Shown in pieces: positions 26,378-37,440 of a DNA stretch of 64,000 nt (positions within the stretch are counted from its first letter, which is position 1; every line of letters begins with the position of its first letter). A program made the position numbers and the translations under genes. This stretch comes from Takakia lepidozioides (lineage: Eukaryota; Plantae; Bryophyta). The stretch covers positions 13,640,001-13,704,000 of the forward strand of contig CM060733.1 of the NCBI GenBank assembly GCA_030704615.1. The letters are read 5' to 3'. The notes below the pieces were generated by a model. The model saw only the letters and a list, made by a program, of their open reading frames with translations, had not been told where the DNA came from and did no database searches.

Positions 26378-28081
26378 ATGGAAAACAACCATTTGGATGG
26401 TGACAAAGTAGTGGATGATTTAATACTTTATGTGGAAGCAATGTTGAATGAGGGTGCCACAATGAAATCAATCGCCACTGCCCTTTCTTTTGATGATGTA
26501 CGACCATTGAGAAGATTGCTATCAGAAGTCCAAGGGTCTCCTTTCAAAGTTCATCATCAATTGAGTGTCCAACGCTTGTGTGAAAAGATTCAAGAGTTAC
26601 TTCCTATTGAAGAGAATGGGGAATGAGAACAGTGCAATCTGCCTTAAGGAGGTCAAATTTGCGGATTCCTCGAAGGAAGGTGGGGGAAGCTTTGAAAATC
26701 ATCTCACCCTACCATTATGAGCGTAGGAGTAGGGCACAGGCAATTCGGAGGACTCAGTATAATGTAACAATGCCTATGGCTCTATGGCACATTGACTGTA
26801 AGTATTTTATCTCATGCATCTTAATGTTCTTTGAAGATGCACATGCAAGACGTTTTCTTGCATTACATATCGCACAAAATTGTAGGCAAACTAAAACATG
26901 TATGCAATTCGTAGTGCAGCTTATGACAAATTGGTTATGTTTGGTCTTCGAGTACATGCTGGCATTGATGGGGCCTCTCATTTTGTTTTATGGGCGAACG
27001 TTGCAAGAAACAAGAAAGAAAAAACCATTTTCAAAGGATATCACGATGCAGTTTCCAAGTTTGGAGCACCTTTACGAATTCGATCTAATTTTGCAGTAGA
27101 GCACTCTCTTATAAAACAACACATTGAAGCCACACGTTCTGAAACACCCAATCCGTACTTGACTGGGTCTTCCACACACAATCAGGTTAGTGCTCTATAC
27201 AATTCTATCTTGCATATCAACTTTACGTTTCTGTCATATTTTTTGGTTCATCTTTATTAATCATTGAGTGTGTAATGTTGTGCATATCTCTAATATTTTG
27301 TGTGTTGTAATCACCACGTTAGAGGATTGAACACTTTTGGCGGCATCTATGGGAGAAGGTAATGTTCTACTACAAAAATTGCTTCCAAGCAATGGTCAAT
27401 GATAGATTATTGGATATGGACGATCCGTGGCAACGAGAATCTTTTATTGACGTATATATGCCCATAGTACAAGAAGCTGTTGATGAATACGTGAAGATTT
27501 GGAATGGACATCGAGTTCGCACGATTAATGAAAACGGTCGATATCGTCGATCGCATGTTCCTGCTCGTTTCTTTCGCGAGTATGAACGTTTGCATGGGTA
27601 AGCTCATGGCTTTCTCTTGTTTGTACTTTCATTGTTAAGCTACAATTTACATTGGAATGTTATTCTAATGTGGTGATGTGTTTGATCATGTAGATGGACC
27701 AGCCACCTTATTGATGACCCACGATTTAGGGAAGACCCCCAACACATTGGTAACCAAGACTTGGGGCCTCGTGGGAATTCAAGGTGGCGATGTGCAGGTG
27801 GTTTGCATGACCTTCCCACCAAAGGAGCTGAACTCATTCCTGACATGGTTCGTGTCCGTGCACAAGCTTATGAAATTGGAAAGGTTGGGAAGGATTCGAT
27901 CTCTTGTTTTCGTCTCCACTACTACATGTCTCGGTATTGTGGTTTGGCAACGCATGAACATAGATATTTTGATCAATTGGACCTCATTGGTAATACCGTG
28001 TTAAGTAGGGAAGCTCTCCAACTTTTAATTACACAAGCTCTTGAGGTAGTTTCCCTGTTTGGTATACCTACAGAGGTATAG
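26378..28081 (+). pseudogene. Integrase-core DDE transposase (IS3EU-like), 4 exons, one frameshift, second catalytic Asp changed to Asn
   Basis: HTH-like N-terminus; 1-nt shift ~26618; introns 26798-26919, 27186-27322, 27598-27693. The spliced product has ALWHID-SYDKL, HAGIDGASH, GAPLRIRSN (family consensus R.D), GSSTHNQ-RIEHFWR and WNGHRVR. Confidence 0.85.
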
Positions 28082-28605
28082 CGTTTGATTTACAAATAAA
28101 TTTGATGTCAAAAACAGTGTATATTTATGTAGAGATATTGTCATGAGGTAGTAGCCCTGATTAGTATACCGACAGAGGTATAACACTTGATTGACAAAGA
28201 AACTTAGTTATATATACTAGTAGAGGTATCGTCATTAGGTTGTAGCCCTGTCTACAGAGGTATAGTATTTCATTTTACAAGAAAAGTTGGCCAAATTAAT
28301 CTATATTTATGCGGAGGTATCGTCATGAGACAATAGCCCTGTTTAGTATATCACCAGAGGTATAGCGCCTGACTTACAAAGAAACTTGGTCAAATCAGCC
28401 TATATGCAGGTTGAGGTATCGTTATGAGGTAGTTGCCCTGTTTAGTATACCTACAGAGGTATAACGCATGATAGCCAAAGAAACTCAAGATAAATCAGGC
28501 TGTATTCATGTAGAGGTATCGTTAAGAGGTAATAGTCGTGTTTGGTTTACCTACAGAGATATAGTGTTTGGAAGACAAAGAAACCTAAGATAATTCAGTC
28601 TATAT
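28043..28605 (+). repeat. Tandem array of ~100-bp units (about 6 copies), each with several GAGGTA motifs
   Basis: Unit anchor GAGGTAGT(A/T)GCCCTG at ~28043, 28145, 28236, 28327, 28426, 28526. Confidence 0.9.
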
Positions 28606-30040
28606 GCCCCTGGTCGCAGCTGAAAAATGACTTCCCGCACAGCAAAAGCTCAGACATATTTGCATAAGACCATAGGAGTGCCCAAATTAGTGAACACATA
28701 TTACCTTACCCACTTTCTTATTGCCAATTGTGTGATGCTGTGGATGTTTCTAAACCTTAATATGGCATTGGATAAACCCTAAAACATGTGTGAGATTTCA
28801 CTAGCTTTCAAGGACAACAACAGGGCATGACCAATTGATCAAAGAAGACAATCTTGAACTGTGATACTTCTCATGTTTTGCTATTTACAATGTAATAATG
28901 TCTTGAAGCTTTACAGAAATCATACGGCAGGTGGGCCTCTCTCCCACCCTCTCCCCCAAGACTAAAACATATTAGAGCACTTCGTACAGCGCATAAGAAA
29001 GTAAAACTAGCTAGTAAACATTTTATAGTACTCTACTCCACTTACCATATTAAATATGCAGTATAGCAGCATTCCATTAATGGGTGCAAGAAGATAGGGG
29101 ACCGCCACTTAAGAGGCCATGGTGTTTTTCTGGTATCACATTATTCACACTAGGGTAGACTGCAGTTGGCCCAAGTGGAGTGTCACCTAAGTCCAAGTGC
29201 AATCCATTATGTATCCAAGTGCCTCACCTATGTCGAGGCCAATGTGTGAAGAATTGAACTCAATATACTAAAATGAAGTTGGATTTTTGGTGGAAAATTG
29301 TCAACCAGATCTTGTCAGTGTTTGATAACAAAGACATCCGAAACAAGGAGCCAACAGGAGCCTGACCTCTACTCCTGGCTAGGGAGCAATTCAAAATTCA
29401 GGTGCACTTTGATCTTGGTACTTCAATTCTTTCCATGACGTCAATTATCTGCCTTCAGAGAAGAGAGCCAGAGATTAGGTGTTCTGTTGACTGCGTTGCA
29501 GTTGTATGCTGTACAACTTGCATGGGCTCTGGGACAGGGATGTAGTGTTTTGGGTGAAAGGCCTCATCCAATTCATGCCATACCAATCAATACCCAAATA
29601 CCATTACAGTCACTTCGTGACCTTTCAAGTGGCCACCGTGGGATTAGGTCTTGTCGGTTAAGGCTAGCTTTCAACAGCATTCATGCGAGGTAGTCAAGGG
29701 CTCTATCTGAAGCAGCACCACAAGAAACATACAAACATGTCCAAGTTTAGGAACTTCGAGAAGCTCCACCATCCACACCAGAATTAGGCCAGCACACTCA
29801 TTTCCTTCCACTATCATCAGAGTCAGTAAAGCTCCCCCCTTCACTCATGACTTCACCTGCTCCAATCAATTGCAATTATGGGCTGACTTCCCACCTATGC
29901 TGGGTAGACCCCACTACCATTTCCTGTGGAAATGCCCTCAACAGTACATCATGGTCAATATGCTCAGGAAATGGGGATGATCTGAGTAGCTACACAGATC
30001 AACAAATGAAGAACTCAAACTTTTCCAAGAAAACATCGTT

Positions 30041-32359
30041 TCACCAGTAATCCCCACAAGAACAAACCCCATCTTCAAAGTGGTGAAAGCGGTTAGCATC
30101 CCGTACAACAATAGCTCGGCCAACAATCTTTGAGATGAACTTGGTGGAGCTGTGGCAGTCACCACAAACCCGAAGATTCTTGATGAGACGGAGAGGTGTC
30201 CTCGGGGCCGTGCTGATCAGCCCATAACCAATGGCCAGCTTCTCACTGTGGTGGCAAAGAGAATATTCCTTTTGCTCCTCCCCCACATCATGCAATGCGA
30301 AGCGTGTGTCAGGCACATACCCCGCTTTCTTCATCTGCCCAGACAATCTTCTCAGCTCAGCATGGATTTCCTCAATTTTTGGATGCAATTTCTCATCTAC
30401 CACAAAGCTGTGCACCCTGTTGCCGACCTCAATGCAGCAGCGACCTGGCTCCTTCCTAACGGCTCTCACCTCCATTATTTTTCTCACCTTTGCAGCATCA
30501 TCCCACCTGCCAGCTGCGGCATAGATGTTTGATAGCAACACATAAGTCGCGGCATCCTGTTCATCCCACTTGAGAATTGATGTTGCCGCACGTTCAGCCA
30601 TCTCCACATTGCAATGGATTCGGCAGGCACCAAGCAAGGCCCTCCAAACCACAACATTTGGTTTCATTGGCATTTTATTGATGCAGTCCTCTGCCTCATC
30701 CAATCGCCCTGCACGGCCAAGAAGGTCCACCATGGAGCCAAAGTGCTCCACTGCTGGAGTGATGGCATGATCTTGGCTCATGGAGTAAAAGTAGTATTTG
30801 CCTTCATCCACTAGGCCAGCATGGCTACATGCAGAGAGAACACTTAGAAAAGTGACACCATCCAGCTTGAGGCCTTTCAATTGCATTTCTTCCAATAGTT
30901 GCAGGGCCTCCATATCATAACCATGCTGGGCATATCCTGCAATCATCACGTTCCAGGACGCCACATCTCGTTCAGCCATATTGTTGAACACTCGCTTTGC
31001 ATCCACAATGCTGCCGCATTTGGCATACATGTCCACCAGGGTTTTGTTCAGAATGACATCTGGTACAATTCCTGCTTTGATGATGTCACCATGGACCTCT
31101 TTGCCCCTTTCCAGGGCTGCCAGGCTCGCGCACGCATTGCAAACACAATCGAACGTGACCCGGTTGGGCTTCACCCCGTCCCGCATCATTTGCTCATACA
31201 TCTCCAAAGCCTCCATCCCCCACCCATGCTGGGCATATCCTGCGATCATCGCGCTCCAGGACACCACATTTCGTTCAGTCATATTCTCGAACACTCCCTT
31301 TGCATCCTCAATGCTCCCGCATTTGGCATACATGTCCACAAGGGCGGTACTCAGAATGACATCTGGTACAATTCCTGCTTTGATGATGTCGCCATGGACC
31401 TCTTTGCCCCTTTCCAAGGCTGCCAGGCTGGCGCACGCATTGCAAACGCAAATGAATGTGACCCGGTTGGGCTTCACCCCTTCCCACATCATTTTCTCAT
31501 AGGTCTCCAAAGCCTCCATCCCACACCCATGCTGTGCATATCCTGCAATCATAGCACTCCAGGACACCACATCGTGTACGGCCATATGGTCAAATACTCC
31601 TTTTGCATCCTCAATCCTCCCACATTTGGCATACATGTTCATAAGGGCAGTGTTCAGAACGACATTTGGTACAATTCCAGCTTTGATGATGTCACCGTGG
31701 ACCTCTTTGCCCTTTTCCAGGGCTGCCAGGCTTGCACATGCATTGCAAATGCAAACGAACGTCACCCAGTCAGGCTTCACCCCTTCCCGCATCATTTGCT
31801 CATATGTCTCCAAAGCATTTCTACCACACCCATGCTTGGTAAATCCTGCCACCATTGTATTCCACGAGATCAATGATCGTTGAGGCATCCTATTGAACAC
31901 TTGGTGAGCATCCACAATGCTCCCACACTTCACGTACATGTTGACAAGGGTGTTGTGTAAGAAAATGTTTGGCTTGAATCCACTTTGGATAATGTGAGTG
32001 TGCACCTGCTTTCCAGCTTCCAGGCCTTTCATCTTGATGCACTTATGCAAGAGACAGATGTAAGTATCAGAATCTGCTGAAATGTTTCCATGATTTAAAG
32101 TTTGTAGAGCCTCTTTCAGTCGCCCTGCCTCACATAGCATCCTCACATGCCCAGAAGTGCCAGAAGAGGCATTGTGGACTCCCTCTCTTGGTCCTCTTTC
32201 GGAAGCCGTAGTCATGGTCGATGTGCCTGATTTTATCAGCCGCGCCGCCACCGCTGCTATCCATGGTGGTTTGTTGTAGCTATTGATCCACAGGGAATCA
32301 TTGGTGCTTGAAATATTGTGCTTGAAATCCGGCCCTCTTGAATGAATCTGGACCCACAC
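30041..32359 (-). CDS. PLS-class pentatricopeptide repeat protein with E/DYW deaminase domain (organellar C-to-U RNA editing factor)
   Basis: 772-aa open frame with P-L-S repeats (LVDMYAKCGSIEDA, VVSWSAMIAGYAQHG), PG box KEPGRCCIEV, HSEKLA, CGDCH and terminal CSCGDYW. The 5' start is uncertain. Confidence 0.95.
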   Translation of the reverse strand: MWVQIHSRGPDFKHNISSTNDSLWINSYNKPPWIAAVAARLIKSGTSTMTTASERGPREGVHNASSGTSGHVRMLCEAGRLKEALQTLNHGNISADSDTYICLLHKCIKMKGLEAGKQVHTHIIQSGFKPNIFLHNTLVNMYVKCGSIVDAHQVFNRMPQRSLISWNTMVAGFTKHGCGRNALETYEQMMREGVKPDWVTFVCICNACASLAALEKGKEVHGDIIKAGIVPNVVLNTALMNMYAKCGRIEDAKGVFDHMAVHDVVSWSAMIAGYAQHGCGMEALETYEKMMWEGVKPNRVTFICVCNACASLAALERGKEVHGDIIKAGIVPDVILSTALVDMYAKCGSIEDAKGVFENMTERNVVSWSAMIAGYAQHGWGMEALEMYEQMMRDGVKPNRVTFDCVCNACASLAALERGKEVHGDIIKAGIVPDVILNKTLVDMYAKCGSIVDAKRVFNNMAERDVASWNVMIAGYAQHGYDMEALQLLEEMQLKGLKLDGVTFLSVLSACSHAGLVDEGKYYFYSMSQDHAITPAVEHFGSMVDLLGRAGRLDEAEDCINKMPMKPNVVVWRALLGACRIHCNVEMAERAATSILKWDEQDAATYVLLSNIYAAAGRWDDAAKVRKIMEVRAVRKEPGRCCIEVGNRVHSFVVDEKLHPKIEEIHAELRRLSGQMKKAGYVPDTRFALHDVGEEQKEYSLCHHSEKLAIGYGLISTAPRTPLRLIKNLRVCGDCHSSTKFISKIVGRAIVVRDANRFHHFEDGVCSCGDYW

Positions 32360-33881
32360 TCTATCCCTGTTCCTTCAGCTATCCCTGCCTCTGCACAAAT
32401 CATGTATAGATCCTCGCCTTGCTGCTAGCAGTTCACAATGGCAGTCTAGATTTGTTCTAGCAAACACCCCAACCCTACTTATCGCAGACTAGTTCCTATG
32501 CTGAATTGCTCCCAAGACTTCATTAGCCATGCACCTTTTTGCCTCAATTGTCCCACCATTGACTTGGGTCTGAAGATATTCCTTCCAAAGCTTCTCCTTG
32601 TCTCTGTTATGTGTTGTTGGATACTTTCCTTCTGCCACATTGGCAGTAACATATCAAATCATTCCAACCCACAAAAAATCCACGCAAACCAGCTTACTTG
32701 CAGAATTCAACATGGCAACTAGGGACGACTCTGATAAGAGGACCGAAACAGGCTGAAATGTGCTGAAGAAGGTGCCCTCACCACATTCTCCTTGACCTTG
32801 TGTCACGAAAGCAGCTAGCTTTTCTTTCACCCACGGAGGATTCAACCGACCATCAACCCAAAAGGACCACTTGCGTGTGCTGCTTGTGTCTATAGTCAGG
32901 TGATCTCGGATTGGTCTGTGAGAACCACCACGGAGCAAATTGATTTAAACACGGCCTCCTAAGACCTATCTGACCCTCCCAAGTACCTTGTAAACACCAA
33001 GAAAAATTCCAAACATGAAGAGCCCAAGTTCTCAGAACAGAAAAAATTCTTCACATCGTACATTAAGAAAGCCACACCTTGCGGCTGCGGTTGTCCCACC
33101 ATTGTGAAGGATCTTTAAAAACCTCATGCAAGTGCTGCTCCATGCTCCATGGTTGACCTTTGTGACCAGCATCAACATTTTCAGTAAGTTCCTTTATGGA
33201 GGAGTGCTAGTGAGCTTTCCAGATGCTGAACAAGCTTATGTCCATAGTCTGGAAATTTTGTGGTGAGAGCTGAGCAGCCACAGTCTTAACCCTACCAAGT
33301 AACTCCAGGGAATAGACCTTGCGCATCCTACTTTCATACCCTGCTCAGGAAGAACAACATCCGCTACGGACAGTAAAAGCAGTTTTGCATAGCAGAGCGA
33401 GATTCTGACTTCACTCAACAACTAGGGGTACAATCCAATCCACGCAATCACACCAGAGTTCAGTCAAACTCCCGCTGACCCCTTCACATCCTACATGAAG
33501 AAAGCTCACCTTGTCAACGCTACTGTCCCACCATTGTGAAGGGTCTTCAAAGAATTCTTGCCAGCGCTGTTCCATGCTCCAGCGTTGACCTACGCCCAGA
33601 TATACCAATTATCGGCATTGTCTAACCATCCCGTGTGCTTTCTTGCTTCTTTGTCCATAGTACATTCGCTTTTAATGTTTCGCGCTATTACCTAATTTGA
33701 ACGACATCCCTGACGGCGCCATAGCCACCATTGCCAAGGGGGATGCCGCTTTCAGCTCCACAGGCCAGCCCTTTAATCCGCTGCATGACGCGACCCCTCT
33801 CGCATCACCGAAGCGAGAGGCCAGGGCATTGGGTATGGAGTGGGCATGCGCGTGCAGGAGAACTCGGCAAGACACTGCCAT
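32260..33881 (-). other. 5' exons with a transit-peptide-like start and OSB-type PDF motifs upstream of, and partly in frame with, the PPR ORF; partly frameshifted
   Basis: QRWQEFFEDPSQWWDSSVDK|gt (~33510-33570); EVFKDPSQWWDNRSRK|gt (~33078-33130); ag|TNPRSPDYRHK...SFWVDGRLNPPWVKEKL (~32810-32918); in frame with the PPR: RGPDFKH...DSLWINSYNKPPWI. Ala/Ser/Arg-rich ORF 33672-33881. Confidence 0.7.
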
Positions 33882-34832
33882 TCCAGCCAGTCACTGAGAA
33901 GAGGCAGAAAGATATGTTTTAGTCCGTGTTTTCCATCCCAGATGCAAGAAACGATTGCAAAAGCAGGCTCCTCTACATGGAAACGACCATCCAGCTTCAA
34001 CGATCACGCATTTGCTGCCGCATTTTTTATTTGGACCCCTCATCTCTCTCCTCTCATCCCAAAAGTCACCAGAAGGAGAACCTCGTAGCCGTGCCCCTGT
34101 ACTTCCCAGCACGGGTCAAAATTCAGCTCTGACATCTCCTCTCCAAGTGATCTCCGCTTGCCTTCTCAGCTTTTATCATGACAGAGTCTCTAGGGTAAGC
34201 ATCGACCCTTGTGCATTCCGTGTAGGGGAACCGAGGCCGTTCCATGGCCTTTGGGAACGTGGCGCGGTTCAGTTTTACATGCAACATCCATAAGCTTAAG
34301 CGTATTTGAATCCTGGGACCCGCATGTCTGATTTCTCAGTTTCTTCCTGAACTGACGGATGTGAATCTGACATGGGGAGGGAGGTAGATCCAGTGGGGTG
34401 CGGAGTATTGCCTACATGGGGGTGGACGTACATTTTCCTTGAGAAGGCTTAGTGGGTATGGAGTATACCGACTGGGGAAAGGGAGGGGCTGCATCGATCG
34501 CAGCTCAATCTGTCACAGGAGAAAAGAGCTGACCTGATGTTGGAAGAAATCTTACGTACATCGTCGGTGGAACATTTTGTGCACCGTATGTGTTCTTTCC
34601 CCTTGTACCTTGTTATTTTCTAGCTTTGTGTACTGGTTGCATAGACATTGAACTTCAGAGGGCCGCAGCTGTTGGGTTTGCTATGAAATGCCTTGGAGTG
34701 GCAAGCACGAACAATGAGGAGGCATGTTTCATGGGATTCGGTCTTGTGCATTTCGCTGTGTCTCAGATTCTTGGAGGCAAGCACAAACTCACATAGAGCG
34801 AGACGGACAGAGGGGGACATTAAGGAGGAAAG

Positions 34833-36712
34833 ATGAAGGGCAAGAAGGACGGGATAATGTTGCGGGGAGGGCATCCAGCATGGCGCGATTACAGAATTGT
34901 TGTGGCCGTGATAGTGGGCGTCACTTGTGGCATAATCTGGGCTTACTGCCGGCCTCACGGCGGTTTCATGTCTAAAACAGCTTATGCTCACAATACTGTT
35001 GAAGGCAAGGCAGGATACGTTGTATCAAATGCTTGGGCAGCACCGGTAGAGTTCGACTCCCTTGGAGTTGGCAAAGGTTGAAGAATGTTGGTAGAGAAAG
35101 GTCGGAGAATAAATTGCTCATTTGAGTTGAGAGAGATCCAGTGTATAACAATTAATGAGGAAGTCCGGAAATTGTTATGTTTATTCATGCCAGGAGTGGG
35201 TTCTCTGTGTGTGGTGATGGACATGACATTCCGTTTCTGTCTCGGCAGCGATCCTAACGATCGTTTCAAAGAGATGCTTGCCTATGATTAGGGTCGTGGT
35301 GACACTGTATTGTATTCTCTGAAGGTGGTGGACGCTACTGTGCAAGTGCTGGAAGCCAAAGTAGCTTCTCTAGAGGCAGAGGTGAAAAGGCTGCAAAAGG
35401 AAAGGAATGCCGCCCAGAGTCAGGTGGAGGCTCTGGCTCCCGCGACTAAGGCAGGCCTTCAGGGCACTGTGAAGAGCGTGCGCACCAATCCAGCAGTGCT
35501 ACCTGACATCTCCGTCAATCCAGCACTAGCAAAGCTGCTGGAGAAGGTTGCTGTGAACAAGGAGCTCATTGTGGGGATTTCCAACAATAATGTGCGGAAC
35601 ATGCTGAAGGTACTTCACCCCTTTAATGTCATTCATCCTGAGAGCCGTGTCTACCATTTCTGATTGTTGCCATGGCTATTCTGTCAAAAATGCCCGGCAG
35701 TGAAAACCCGGTGATGGTGACAACCAGTTTTTGAGGACCATAGTTAACCAATTTCAGCTGCGAAGGTCATGTTTGTTGATCTATGCAAGGTACTGCCAGA
35801 TGGACACAAATGGCACAGTCATAGTATTATAAGGGCCAATTGTTACACAAGGTACGCAGTGCATAGAGTGAGACCAACCTAACTGTCGATCCTCTTGCAC
35901 ATATAGTTTGCGACACATGCTGAAATGAAGGATTCCATATGCAGGTGTGGTTTGAGAGCATTCAACGGGTGGGCGTTACCAACTACTTGGTGATTGCATT
36001 GGACGATGATATTGCAGAGTTTTGTCGGGACCACAAGGTGCCCTATTACAGGCGTGATGCAGCCATCTCCAAGGCGCAGGCAAACACTGGCGACAATCAT
36101 GCTATTTCTGGCCTTAAGTTCCATCTGCTTCGCGAGTTCCTGGTGTTGGGATACAGTGTCTTCCTCTCTGATGTAGATGTTGTTTACTTGCAAAATCCCT
36201 TTCCTCACCTAGAACGAGATTGCGATGTGGAGGGTATGACAGATGGTCATGACAATCAAACTGCATATGGCTATGATGATGTGATGGATGATCCATCAAT
36301 GGGATGGTCGCGCTATGCGCACACAATGCGCATTTGGGTGTTTAACTCAGGTCTCTTCTACATTCGGCCAACTGTTCCCTCCATTGAACTGCTGGATCGC
36401 ATAACTGACAGGCTTTCAAGGGAGACAGCATGGGATCAAGCAGTTTTTAACGAAGAGCTTTTCTATCCATCACACCCAGGGTATACAGGCCTCCATGCAT
36501 CCCGCCGTGTACTCGACTACCTGCTCTTTCTGAACAGCAAAGTCTTGTTCAAGATACTTCGCAAAGAGCCATATTCAGTGGATCATAAACCAGTAACTAT
36601 CCATGTCAACTATCATCCCGACAAGTTTGAGCGCATGGTTGCTATTGTAGAATATTATGTGAAAGGGAATACTGAGGCACTAAAGCGTTTTCCTGATGGA
36701 TCTGAATGGTAG
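34833..36712 (+). CDS. RRA: GT77 beta-arabinosyltransferase, REDUCED RESIDUAL ARABINOSE (RRA1/2/3-like)
   Basis: Type II membrane anchor ([18 protein letters not shown]), coiled-coil exon 35325-35609, catalytic exon 35945-36712 with DxD motif [53 protein letters not shown] and FPDGSE. The exon 1 donor is not pinned down. Confidence 0.93.
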
Positions 36713-37440
36713 AGTCTTCTTCTCGCTGCAACTTCAGAAAGTCTTGTTGGTCATGTAGTCGAGCATCAATTGGCTGTTTCTGAGCAAGCCCCTGCAATCA
36801 GCAGGAGCAGGAGCCTTAAACTTATCCCTCTAGATTTCCAAATGACTTAGAGCTGCCTGGCATTCAGTTGCCATTGAGGAGAATGCCATCAAAGCTATTT
36901 CTGGAAGGAGAAAATGCCAGGTTTACTGATACTAGTTCTACGAAATTTTGTTTTGGTATAGGATTTTCCTCTTTTGCTCCTGTTCCTGGCTGGATGGTAA
37001 ACAATCTTATGGCTTCCAAGTGCACTGTAGCATACTTATTTAGGTTGTCTCATATGTCGACAGCATACTTCATGAATCAGTGCATTGCATGCTAAACCTG
37101 AGAAAGTGCACACTTCACCTGAGCATGGAGACACTGACAGAAAACATGTTTGGGCACTATTTTGGGTTATTATCACCACTTTGTATGGAACCCTAGAGTC
37201 ATAAATTATGAACTGGTTGAATGTTCTGAACCCCGTTGCAGATCTTCTCTTCCCTCTATGGAGACTACACACATAACTGGCCTTTCTGCACAGTTTTCAG
37301 CTCTGGCAGTGAAACTTCTCCCTCTCTTATTAATCTAGGTCAATGGGGTGATATCATCCGATGACCTTTTATGTCATCCGTTCCTCTATTCAGCCATTGT
37401 CTATAGGGCAGCCACCACCGTGACCTTGAACTGCTAAAAC

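Larger units (their letters stand above)
25300..28605 (+). mobile_element. IS3EU-like (rve/integrase-core) DNA transposon, left arm, internally deleted or truncated
   Basis: Starts TAGGGAATTCCAAAAA (also at 48475; variant at 38401), followed by CAATTCAATTGAATTG palindromes, a spliced integrase gene and a ~100-bp repeat array. Confidence 0.75.

Noticed and set aside
28043-28605. CRISPR-like array
   Set aside because: Variation is spread along the whole ~100-bp unit; there is no constant repeat with unique spacers, no cas genes, and the context is eukaryotic.
30152-31883. Plus-strand ORFs up to 325 aa
   Set aside because: Antisense shadows of the repetitive PPR gene.
35000-35015. GC-AG donor for RRA intron 1 (AAG|GCAGGA)
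   Set aside because: In-phase GT donors exist nearby (e.g. CCG|GTAGAG); cannot be decided without transcripts.
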